In this document: positions 16,559 through 24,000 of the stretch, one piece after another
Position numbering within the stretch: the first letter of the stretch is position 1
How the letters are laid out: each line of letters opens with the position of its first letter
Source: Acidobacteriota bacterium
GTDB taxonomy: Bacteria > Acidobacteriota > UBA6911 > RPQK01 > JAPXNP01
Direction: 5' to 3'
Length of the DNA: 24,000 nucleotides
Assembly (NCBI GenBank): GCA_963663735.2
Contig: CAXXHN010000002.1
Span: forward strand, 680,196-704,195
Notes under the pieces: model-generated
The model's database searches: none
Told to the model about the DNA's origin: nothing
Seen by the model: only the letters and a program-made list of their open reading frames with translations
Translations under genes and position numbers: made by a program

Positions 16559-17950
16559 ATGAAAATAGACAGGAGAACCTTTATTGGAAGCCTGACCGCT
16601 ACGGCCGCCGCCGGGGCCATTAACGGCAAGCCTAACGCGACAGGGAAGGATGTGCCTAATATCCTGGTACTGGTGGCTGACGATGCCGGGTGGGGTGATT
16701 TTGGCTGTTACGGAAACAAAGGTATCAGGACCCCTAATATTGATCAACTGGCTGAGGATGGTTTGCTCTTTGAAAACGCGTTCCTTACTGCTCCCCAGTG
16801 CAGCCCTTCCAGGATAAGTGTTCTCACCGGGTCCTATCCCCATGCTACAGGCGCCGAGGACCTGCACATGCCCCTGCCCGAAGGAACTACTTTTCTCCCG
16901 ACATGGCTGAAAAATTCAGGTTACTTCACCGGGCATATGCAAAAGACTCACTACGGGAAAACTGGGGAGAAGCAGTTTGACTGGTATTCGGAAGATGTCA
17001 GTGATTTTCCCGGGTTTCTCGACAGGTCATCGGGGAAACCTTTTTTTATGTGGACAGGTTTTTCAGATCCCCACCGACCTTATGACCGTTCGACTATTGA
17101 TCACCGGAACGATGAGGCTTCAGTGACCGTGCCGGCCCAACTGGTGGATGATGCCGCCACCCGCTCTGACCTGGCGGACTATTACGATGAAATATCCCGA
17201 ATGGACAGTAATATTGGGATGATGCTGGATGCCCTCAAGGATAAAGCAGTTCTTGATAATACCCTCATCATTTTTTTCAGCGACAATGGAAAACCTTTTC
17301 CGGGCGCCAAGGGGACTTTATACGATGCCGGAATAGGAACACCCCTGATTATTAAATGGCCGGGCAGAATCCAGCCTGGGAGCTGTTTCAGCGGCTTGGC
17401 CAGTACCGTAGACCTGGCTCCGACCATCCTGGAGATTGCCGGGCTGCCCATCCCCGAAACAGTGCAGGGGAAAAGCATGATGGAAACACTCCTGTCCGGG
17501 AAAGGCCCCGGGCGGGAATACGTATTCGCTGAGAGGAACTGGCACGACTGTGATGAACATATGCGCTGCGTGCGCACTAATCGTTTCAAGATGATCCTCA
17601 ATGCCTATACGGAACTTCCGTTCGGCAATCCTGCAGATCTGAGCATGTCTCCGTCCTGGTATAGCCTGATGAAGAAAAAGGAAGAAGGATTATTGACGGC
17701 AGAACAAGCCAGGATTTTTACCGTGCCCCGTCCCGCGGTGGAGTTTTATGAATTGACGATTGATCCTGATGAGTTTACTAACCTGGCCGGGAAAGCGGAG
17801 TACGCCGGAGAAGTTCAGAAGCTGGGAAAGGTACTGGACCAGTGGAAAGCGGAGACCGGAGATTTTCCGCCATGGGAACGGAGAAGGGGAGACCATACCG
17901 ATCGAATTACGGGGTTACATTTCAGTAACGTAATTCCGCCGATGCATTAA
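16559..17950 (+). CDS. Formylglycine-dependent (S1 family, Cys-type) sulfatase with a Tat signal
   Basis: It has the twin-arginine signal MKIDRRTFIGSLTATAAAGA, the metal site LVADDAGW, and the catalytic motif PQCSPSRISVLTG (C-x-P-x-R). FFSDNG and GTPLI are also present. Overall it resembles SGSH/N-sulfoglucosamine-sulfohydrolase-like enzymes, but the subfamily is not determinable by eye. Confidence 0.92.
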   Translation: MKIDRRTFIGSLTATAAAGAINGKPNATGKDVPNILVLVADDAGWGDFGCYGNKGIRTPNIDQLAEDGLLFENAFLTAPQCSPSRISVLTGSYPHATGAEDLHMPLPEGTTFLPTWLKNSGYFTGHMQKTHYGKTGEKQFDWYSEDVSDFPGFLDRSSGKPFFMWTGFSDPHRPYDRSTIDHRNDEASVTVPAQLVDDAATRSDLADYYDEISRMDSNIGMMLDALKDKAVLDNTLIIFFSDNGKPFPGAKGTLYDAGIGTPLIIKWPGRIQPGSCFSGLASTVDLAPTILEIAGLPIPETVQGKSMMETLLSGKGPGREYVFAERNWHDCDEHMRCVRTNRFKMILNAYTELPFGNPADLSMSPSWYSLMKKKEEGLLTAEQARIFTVPRPAVEFYELTIDPDEFTNLAGKAEYAGEVQKLGKVLDQWKAETGDFPPWERRRGDHTDRITGLHFSNVIPPMH

Positions 17951-17992
17951 CCTGCCGAAGGCCCGCGGATTTAAGATTTTAAAGGAGCATCC

Positions 17993-19354
17993 ATGAGAAA
18001 CCGAAACTTCCTCTTCCTCTTGATACTGATGTTGCTGACCCTGAACTCCTGCCATAATACTGGAGAGGGGCCGGATGTTCGTTTGTCGACTTTCCAGTGT
18101 GATGTGACTCCCCCCCTGGGAACTCCGATTTACAGCGGTTATGAGCCACTGGCCGTGATTGAACATCCGTTATTAGCCAAGGGAATAGTATTGGAGAATG
18201 ACAGTCAGCGTTATGTGCTGTGTGTGCTGGATTGGTGTGAAATCTGCAATGCGACCCACTCTCTCTTTCGCGAAACCCTGGCGGAAGCCGCTGGCACGGA
18301 TGCCGATCATGTATCTGTACAGACTGTGCATCAGCATACCGCACCTATGGGCGATGCTGATGCCATGAGGCTGTTGGATACGATTGACAGTCCGCCTCCC
18401 CATCCTGATCCGGAGGTTGTTGAAGAAGCAGCTAAGAAGGTAGCCCAAGCCCTGCGAAATTCGTTGGCGGAGATGCAGCTTGTCGACTCAATAGGAACTG
18501 GACAGGCCAGGGTTGTTGAAGTAGCTGCAACCCGCAGGGTCAAGGCCGAAGACGGCACCATCATTACCAGGTGGAGCAGTTGTACTGATCCGGGATTGCG
18601 CGCTAAACCGGAAGGCCTGATTGACCCCTATCTGAAGACCTTGACGTTCGCCCGGGAAAAACATCCCCTGGTCAGGCTCCACTACTACACGACCCATCCA
18701 CAGAGTTTTTATGGGGATCCTCGGGCCAGTTACGATTTTCCCGGGATGGCCCGCCAGGAGCTGGAGCAGGAGGAAGGCGTGTTCCAGGTCTATTTCACCG
18801 GCTGTGCCGGGGACATAACCGCCGGAAAGTATAACGATGGATCTCCGGAGTCCCGGGACCTCCTGGCAGCGAAGCTGCTGGCCGGTATGCGGGAGTCCGT
18901 TGCCGTAACCAAATATGAACCGATCAAGTCCGTTCTCTGGAAAACCGTCCCATTGATGTTGCCACTGCGGGAGGATCCTGGTTTTACTTCCGAAGATGCC
19001 CGGGCGGAAATGTTAAACCAAGAAATCGCGCATTCCGCGCGGCTCAATGGGGCCATGTCCCTGGTGACCAAACAGAGGAGTGATGTGCCGTATCTCCTGT
19101 CGGCCCTTCGGATTAACAGGGCCTGGATTTTGCATCTCCCAGGTGAATGCATGGTTGAATATCAGCATTTCAGCCAGTCACAGCAGCCCGATGCGTTTGT
19201 TGCCGTGGCTGCCTATGGTGATTGCGGACCCGGATACATCTGTACTGATGCGGCATTTAACGAAGGCGGATACGAACCAACTGCCACCAGGCTTGCTCCA
19301 GGGGCGGAGGCTGTTCTAAAAAAGGGGATAAGAAAATTATTAATTGACGATTAA
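17993..19354 (+). CDS. Lipoprotein with a neutral/alkaline-ceramidase-N-terminal-like (PF04734-like) metal-hydrolase domain; function unknown
   Basis: AAAGGAG lies 8 nt upstream. The lipoprotein signal is MRNRNFLFLLILMLLTLNSC. CDVTPPLGTPIYSGY...AKGIVLENDSQRYVLCVLD resembles the ceramidase_alk N-terminal block (DITPP.G..m.GY...aRa.vl.d...r.v.v..D), and VHQHTAP resembles its H-x-H-[ST]-x-P zinc motif. The coding call is solid; the family call is from memory. Confidence 0.6.
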   Translation: MRNRNFLFLLILMLLTLNSCHNTGEGPDVRLSTFQCDVTPPLGTPIYSGYEPLAVIEHPLLAKGIVLENDSQRYVLCVLDWCEICNATHSLFRETLAEAAGTDADHVSVQTVHQHTAPMGDADAMRLLDTIDSPPPHPDPEVVEEAAKKVAQALRNSLAEMQLVDSIGTGQARVVEVAATRRVKAEDGTIITRWSSCTDPGLRAKPEGLIDPYLKTLTFAREKHPLVRLHYYTTHPQSFYGDPRASYDFPGMARQELEQEEGVFQVYFTGCAGDITAGKYNDGSPESRDLLAAKLLAGMRESVAVTKYEPIKSVLWKTVPLMLPLREDPGFTSEDARAEMLNQEIAHSARLNGAMSLVTKQRSDVPYLLSALRINRAWILHLPGECMVEYQHFSQSQQPDAFVAVAAYGDCGPGYICTDAAFNEGGYEPTATRLAPGAEAVLKKGIRKLLIDD

Positions 19355-19366
19355 CAATTGACGATT
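19342..19366 (+). repeat. 14-bp-period tandem duplication: aattgacgatt(aac)aattgacgatt
   Basis: The 11-mer aattgacgatt occurs at 19342-19352 and again at 19356-19366. The first copy supplies the last codons and the TAA stop (19352-19354) of the ceramidase-like gene. Confidence 0.7.
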
Positions 19367-19402
19367 TCGGGCTTTTGTTCCGCGATCAGGAATTTGACTA
19401 TT

Positions 19403-20803
19403 ATGAAAATTGACAGAAGAACATTCATCTCAGGGGTAAGCGCTGCGACTATGGCTGGAAATTCCGTACTTAACCTCGCGGCTGTTTCAGCTGCTGAGGC
19501 GCCCAATGTCCTGGTTTTTGTGGCTGATGATGCAGGATGGAAGGATTTCGGCTGTTATGGAAACAGTGGTATCAAGACCCCTAACATTGACCGGCTGGCG
19601 GAAGGAGGATTGCTCTGTGACAATGCCTTTTTAACTGCGCCCCAGTGCAGTCCATCCCGGATCAGCGTCCTCACCGGGCGCTACCCCCATGCCACGGGCG
19701 CGGAAGACCTGCACATGCCCCTTCCTGAAGGAACAACCTTCCTGCCAACGTGGTTGAAAAAAGCTGGTTATTTCACCGGGCATATGCGAAAAACCCACTA
19801 CGGTCCGGAAGGAGAAAAACAGTTTGACTGGTATTCCCAGGATCTGGATGATTTTTCTTCATTCCTGACCCAGGCAGGCAGGAATCCATTTTTTATGTGG
19901 GTGGGATTTAATGACCCGCACCGCCCCTATAATCGTGAAACCATGGCCCGTAAGCACACCCGCGATTCCGTGTATGTTCCCCCTTTCCTTGTGGACGACG
20001 AAAGGACCAGGGAAGACCTGGTTGACTATTACGATGAGATCTCCCGCATGGATACCAATATAGGGAAAATGATGGATACCCTGGAAAAGAAAGGTGGTCT
20101 GGATAACACACTGGTAATTTTCTTCAGTGATAATGGAATGCCTTTTCCCGGGGCCAAGGGAACCTTGTATGATTCCGGTGTTGGAACTCCGTTGTTGTTT
20201 AACTGGCCAGGAAAGATCAGGCCCGGGAGCCGTTTCAGCGGATTGGCAAGCACGATAGATCTGGCGCCGACCATTCTGGAGGTCGCCGGCCTTTCTGTGC
20301 CATCAACGGTCCAGGGGAGAAGCATGCTGGAGGCCCTGGATGGAAAGAGTACGCCGGGACGTGAATATGTATTCGGTGAAAGGAACTGGCATAACTGTGA
20401 CGAGCATATGCGATACGTGCGTTCTAACAGGTACAAAATGATCAGAAATGCCTATACCGAATTGCCATACGGGAATCCTGCCGACCTGAGTATGTCTCCG
20501 TCCTGGTACAGCCTGATGGATAAAAAGGAAAAAGGTGAACTGAGCAGGGAGCAACGGCGGCATTTTACGGTACCCCGACCGGCAGTGGAGTTTTATGACT
20601 TGCAGAATGACCCGGGAGAATGCAATAACCTGGCAGGCGAAGCATCCTTTGCCGTTGAAGTACAGAAAATGGGGGCGGTATTGGATCAGTGGATGGAAAA
20701 AACCGGTGATTTTCCCTCCTGGAAGAGGAGACGCGGCGACAATACCTGCCGGATTACCGGGATTAAATTCACCCAGGAGATTTCCCCGATGCGAGAGGAG
20801 TAG
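19403..20803 (+). CDS. Formylglycine-dependent (S1, Cys-type) sulfatase with a Tat signal; paralog of 16559-17950
   Basis: It has MKIDRRTFISGVSAATMAG, FVADDAGW and PQCSPSRISVLTG. It is collinear with the first sulfatase along its whole length, with 85 of 98 residues identical by hand count around the active site. The track start 19358 is a TTG; ATG 19403 reproduces the paralog's N-terminus. Confidence 0.92.
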   Translation: MKIDRRTFISGVSAATMAGNSVLNLAAVSAAEAPNVLVFVADDAGWKDFGCYGNSGIKTPNIDRLAEGGLLCDNAFLTAPQCSPSRISVLTGRYPHATGAEDLHMPLPEGTTFLPTWLKKAGYFTGHMRKTHYGPEGEKQFDWYSQDLDDFSSFLTQAGRNPFFMWVGFNDPHRPYNRETMARKHTRDSVYVPPFLVDDERTREDLVDYYDEISRMDTNIGKMMDTLEKKGGLDNTLVIFFSDNGMPFPGAKGTLYDSGVGTPLLFNWPGKIRPGSRFSGLASTIDLAPTILEVAGLSVPSTVQGRSMLEALDGKSTPGREYVFGERNWHNCDEHMRYVRSNRYKMIRNAYTELPYGNPADLSMSPSWYSLMDKKEKGELSREQRRHFTVPRPAVEFYDLQNDPGECNNLAGEASFAVEVQKMGAVLDQWMEKTGDFPSWKRRRGDNTCRITGIKFTQEISPMREE

Positions 20804-20853
20804 AGTTCCCTGGGAGAGATTCTGTTTTTACAGGTACAGAGGCCTAAAACCTT

Positions 20854-20891
20854 GAAGGCAGGATTCAGATAGTGGATTGAATTCTGCCTTC
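20854..20891 (+). terminator. Hairpin terminator candidate after the second sulfatase
   Basis: gaaggcaggattc...gaattctgccttc forms a 13-bp stem with one G-U pair and a 12-nt loop, 50 nt after the stop. The T-tract is weak (cttccatatc). Confidence 0.5.
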
Positions 20892-21116
20892 TTCCATATC
20901 AGATTATTTTCCTGTAGCTTGTTTGTTTCACTGGGCAAAAGCAAGGCTGTAGCCCTTCAGAGATGGTGACGCTCAGATTCATTTGCAGATTTCGGCATGC
21001 TGCTCCAGCCAAGGATTTATAATGTATGACACCTCATATTTTTAATAATCTTGGTGTTAAGCAATTTTAAATTGTGAATCAAACAGTTACGGACACATTT
21101 GAAGCGGACATTCTTT

Positions 21117-21674
21117 ATGAACAAATTTGAAGCCAAACTTTTAAAACGGATTACGACTTTCAAAGCCAGGAAGATCGATCCCAACGGCAGGGGTGAGGCT
21201 TCTGTCCTGATGCCACTATTTGACTATGGATCTGAGCCCGCTTTTCTATTGACCAAGCGAAGCCAGAATGTGGCCTCATACAAGGGGCACATTTCTTTTC
21301 CCGGTGGAATGCGGGAGAGTTTCGATAGTTCCCGGGTGGAAACTGCCCTGCGAGAGGCAAATGAAGAAATAGGTGTACAGGCCAGCCATGTCAGGGTACT
21401 GGGAGAGTTTAATGACTATCTGGCCAATGAAGGATTTGTAATTCATACCGTGCTTGGAGTTCTCGGGGATGCCAGCCAACTTAAACCAGACACTGATGAA
21501 GTGGAGTACCTGTTAAAGATCCCCCTGAGTTTTTTCAAGGATAGTACACCTCGTACAGAAATCTGGGAACGTGGCGGGCAGAGTTTTGAAGTCTATTTTT
21601 ATAATTACCAGGGGGAGGTAGTCTGGGGACTCACTGCAAGGATGATAAAGCATTTTGTTGACCAGTTGATCTGA
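21117..21674 (+). CDS. Nudix hydrolase, CoA pyrophosphatase (NudL/NUDT7-like) type
   Basis: The Nudix box is GGMRESFDSSRVETALREANEEIGV (G-x5-E-x7-REUxEExGU). It is preceded by LLTKRSQNVASYKGHISFPGG, which matches the CoA-pyrophosphatase signature LLTxR[SA]...G.ISFPGG. The track start 21099 is a TTG; the first ATG is at 21117. Confidence 0.82.
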   Translation: MNKFEAKLLKRITTFKARKIDPNGRGEASVLMPLFDYGSEPAFLLTKRSQNVASYKGHISFPGGMRESFDSSRVETALREANEEIGVQASHVRVLGEFNDYLANEGFVIHTVLGVLGDASQLKPDTDEVEYLLKIPLSFFKDSTPRTEIWERGGQSFEVYFYNYQGEVVWGLTARMIKHFVDQLI

Positions 21675-21798
21675 ATTTTAGTACTGGTTTCCCCGGGTAT
21701 TTCATGGAGCATTTTGCGTCCCTCCCGGTTTTAATCTAAACTCTGATTAAAACTACTTGATCCCATTCAACAATCCATCTATAGGAATACTGGTTGAC

Positions 21799-23775
21799 AT
21801 GAGTTTCACGGAAAAATCTATAACCTTTGTTTTCACATTCATGCTGGCAATAGGGGCTGTGACAGCCGGAGATTACCAGCGCCTCACCTACAACAATCCT
21901 GGCCTGGAAGTAGATCTGGGAGTCGGGCTATGGGCCTGGCCTCTGCCTGTGGATTATGATCAGGACGGTGACCTGGACCTGCTGGTATCCTGCACTGACG
22001 TACCTTACAACGGTCTCTACTTTTTCGAAAATCCGGATGGCTCCAGATTGCCGGTTTTTAAAAAACCAGTAAGGTTGGGGCCCGGAATAAGCAACCTTTC
22101 GGTTTCTTACGTGAATGGAGAGCCCCGCTTCCTGGTGCCAGGATTTGAACTGCCCGGGGCGATGAGTGGAGATTTTACTACCCGCAAACAGATATACCCC
22201 GGAGTGAAGGTCGACGATACCCTGAAAAAAATCAGGGCTAATCAATGGAAACTGGCTGATTATGACGGGGATGGAAACTCAGACCTGGTGGTAGGACACG
22301 GCTCAAACGATGATTACGGCTGGGCTGATTCCTTTAATTCTCGTGGTATTTGGACTAATGGTCCGATTCATGGCTGGGTTTATTTGCTGCACAACCTCGG
22401 TTCAGACAGATTCCCGAAATGGGGTGAGGCCGTTAATGTAAAGGCGGCTACTTTTCCGGTTGACGTTTACGGAATGCCTTCTCCCAATTTTGCCGATTAT
22501 GACGGCGACGGCGACCTTGATCTTATCTGCGGAGAATTCCTCGATAAACTGACCTGGTTTGAAAATATCGGATCCCGCAGGGAGCCGGTTTACACGAACG
22601 GCCGCTACCTGGCAAGCAAAGGAAAAATTATCAAGATGGACCTGGAAATGATGGTGGTGACTTCCATAGACTGGGACCGGGATGGCGACGAAGACTTGTT
22701 GATAGGAGAGGAGGATGGACGGATCGCCCTGGCTGAAAACAGTGGAAGCGTAAAGGAGCATATGCCGATTTTTAAAGATCCGGTCTTCTTCAGGCAGGAA
22801 GCAGGCGATCTCAAATTCGGAGCGCTGGTCACTCCCTGGAGTGTTGATTGGGATGAGGATGGAGACGAAGACCTCATCTGTGGAAATACAGCCGGATATA
22901 TCGGTTTTATAGAGAACCTGGACGGTAACAATCCTCCCAAGTGGGCTGAACCCCGATACCTGCAGACGGGAGTCAGTGATACTGATACTGCCAAAGAACC
23001 TTTCAGGATTATGGCCGGGTACAACGGTTCCATACAGGGTCCCTGTGAAGCCAAGTGGGGTTACACTACCCTCAGTGTGGAAGATTGGGACGGAGACGGA
23101 CTCAAAGACGTAATTTTTAATAGCATCACCGGGGTTGTGGCCTGGTCCCGCCGGGTCGGTAAACTGGTAATCTCCAAACCGGAACCTGTTAAAGTTAAAT
23201 GGGAGAAAGATGTACCTAAACCTTCGTGGAGATGGTGGAATCCTGATCCTGAAATGCTGTCTACGCAGTGGCGTACCACTCCGGTTGCCATTGATCTTGA
23301 TGGAAATGGATTGACGGATCTGGTATCTCTGGATCACCAGGGGTATCTCAGCTTTTTTAGAAGGGTAAGGGATGAATCGGGACTTTATCTGCTTCCAGGA
23401 GAGAAAATTTTTAGATCAGAAAATGGACTCGTTTATAACCGGAATAATGTCGTGGTAGATGGATTCTCTGAATCCCTTGTTTTAAACAATGGTGAAGTGG
23501 GAATCAGCGGGCGCCGTAAGTTTACTTTTGTTGACTGGAACGGGGACGGCAGGCTGGATATTCTGGCTAACAGTTCCAGAGTGGATCTGCTGCTGAATGT
23601 TGGCACTGATGATAATCCCTGGGTGTTCAGGAATGGAGGCACCCTTGGCAGCATCAGGCTGGCAGGGCATACCACCAGCCCGACCGTGGTGGACTGGGAC
23701 AAAAACGGCATTCCGGATCTTCTGGTCGGCGCGGAGGACGGCTGCTTCTACTACCTTGAGAACAAACGAGAATAA
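21799..23775 (+). CDS. Secreted FG-GAP/VCBS-repeat (beta-propeller, Ca-binding loop) protein
   Basis: The signal peptide is MSFTEKSITFVFTFMLAIGAVTAG. There are nine DxDxDG-type loops: DYDQDGDLDL, DYDGDGNSDL, DYDGDGDLDL, DWDRDGDEDL, DWDEDGDEDL, DWDGDGLKDV, DLDGNGLTDL, DWNGDGRLDI, DWDKNGIPDL. Several are followed by F.EN / Y.EN strands. The track start 21757 is a TTG. Confidence 0.88.
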   Translation: MSFTEKSITFVFTFMLAIGAVTAGDYQRLTYNNPGLEVDLGVGLWAWPLPVDYDQDGDLDLLVSCTDVPYNGLYFFENPDGSRLPVFKKPVRLGPGISNLSVSYVNGEPRFLVPGFELPGAMSGDFTTRKQIYPGVKVDDTLKKIRANQWKLADYDGDGNSDLVVGHGSNDDYGWADSFNSRGIWTNGPIHGWVYLLHNLGSDRFPKWGEAVNVKAATFPVDVYGMPSPNFADYDGDGDLDLICGEFLDKLTWFENIGSRREPVYTNGRYLASKGKIIKMDLEMMVVTSIDWDRDGDEDLLIGEEDGRIALAENSGSVKEHMPIFKDPVFFRQEAGDLKFGALVTPWSVDWDEDGDEDLICGNTAGYIGFIENLDGNNPPKWAEPRYLQTGVSDTDTAKEPFRIMAGYNGSIQGPCEAKWGYTTLSVEDWDGDGLKDVIFNSITGVVAWSRRVGKLVISKPEPVKVKWEKDVPKPSWRWWNPDPEMLSTQWRTTPVAIDLDGNGLTDLVSLDHQGYLSFFRRVRDESGLYLLPGEKIFRSENGLVYNRNNVVVDGFSESLVLNNGEVGISGRRKFTFVDWNGDGRLDILANSSRVDLLLNVGTDDNPWVFRNGGTLGSIRLAGHTTSPTVVDWDKNGIPDLLVGAEDGCFYYLENKRE

Positions 23776-23847
23776 ATATTCTTAATATTGCAACACTGCT
23801 GAACGATCAGGACCGAAGAATCGGGCCGGGAAGAACTGAATAGATAA

Positions 23848-24000
23848 ATGATAATTCTAGATAAGCCATATATTTCAGATTTCTTCAGGGATACCATCAG
23901 GAAAAATGGTTTTCCCGTATTGAGAAATGAGTTTGCGCTGCGTAGCGGTCTTGACAGCTCATATAATCTAATAGATGATGAAAATGCAACTAAAGATTTA
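23848..24000 (+). CDS. Hypothetical protein, N-terminal 51 codons; runs off the window end
   Basis: ATG at 23848 is open to the window end: MIILDKPYISDFFRDTIRKNGFPVLRNEFALRSGLDSSYNLIDDENATKDL. There is no clear RBS and I recognise no family. Confidence 0.35.
   Translation, partial: MIILDKPYISDFFRDTIRKNGFPVLRNEFALRSGLDSSYNLIDDENATKDL

Noticed and set aside
22402-23337. A 311-aa minus-strand ORF lies antisense to the FG-GAP gene. A comparable 189-aa plus-strand ORF at 8536-9105 lies antisense to the PIG-L gene.
   Set aside because: Both are codon-aligned with the sense gene (22402 and 21757 are 1 mod 3; 8536 and 8272 are 1 mod 3). The sense genes have strong repeat or motif evidence. These are shadow ORFs.
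1-24000. I searched for CRISPR arrays, tRNA/rRNA genes, IS elements or integrases, prophage genes, and toxin-antitoxin or defence-type modules.
   Set aside because: No spaced direct-repeat arrays, tRNA-like T-arm sequences or terminal inverted repeats flanking ORFs were seen by eye. No transposase, recombinase or nuclease-like translations were seen either. A tRNAscan, Infernal, ISfinder or DefenseFinder run would be needed to exclude them formally.

Overview
This is a chromosomal window from an unidentified bacterium. GC looks moderate, and GGAG-type ribosome-binding sites precede many starts. Two Tat-signal, Cys-type sulfatases hint at a sulfatase-rich heterotroph such as a PVC-group organism, but that is inference only. 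I can support 23 protein-coding genes and one gene remnant.

Housekeeping genes: rnj (partial), rsmA, trxA, purA, an Mn-type SOD, yqeY, gnd, and a PPi-type phosphofructokinase.

Accessory genes: an EamA transporter, a DUF89 phosphatase, two HAD hydrolases, and a secreted PIG-L/LmbE deacetylase with an internally deleted paralog beside it. There is also a same-strand tryptophanase, Sfp/EntD-type PPTase and SAM-methyltransferase trio. The remainder are a cassette of sulfatase, ceramidase-like lipoprotein and sulfatase, a CoA-pyrophosphatase-type Nudix, a secreted nine-repeat FG-GAP/VCBS protein, and a partial ORF at the 3' edge.

By eye I found no rRNA, tRNA, CRISPR array, transposase, integrase or phage gene. 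I do not see a convincing self-contained novel system; there are no defence-like nuclease, ATPase or toxin modules. The best leads are:
1. The paralogous-sulfatase cassette bracketing an uncharacterised metal-hydrolase-like lipoprotein (16559-20803).
2. The in-frame-deleted deacetylase paralog (9214-9435).
3. The orphan PPTase translationally coupled to a methyltransferase downstream of tnaA.
4. A strong orphan terminator with an ORF-free AT-rich tract (6641-6892) that could encode an sRNA.

All homology calls rest on motif recognition from memory. All identity figures are hand counts, not computed alignments.
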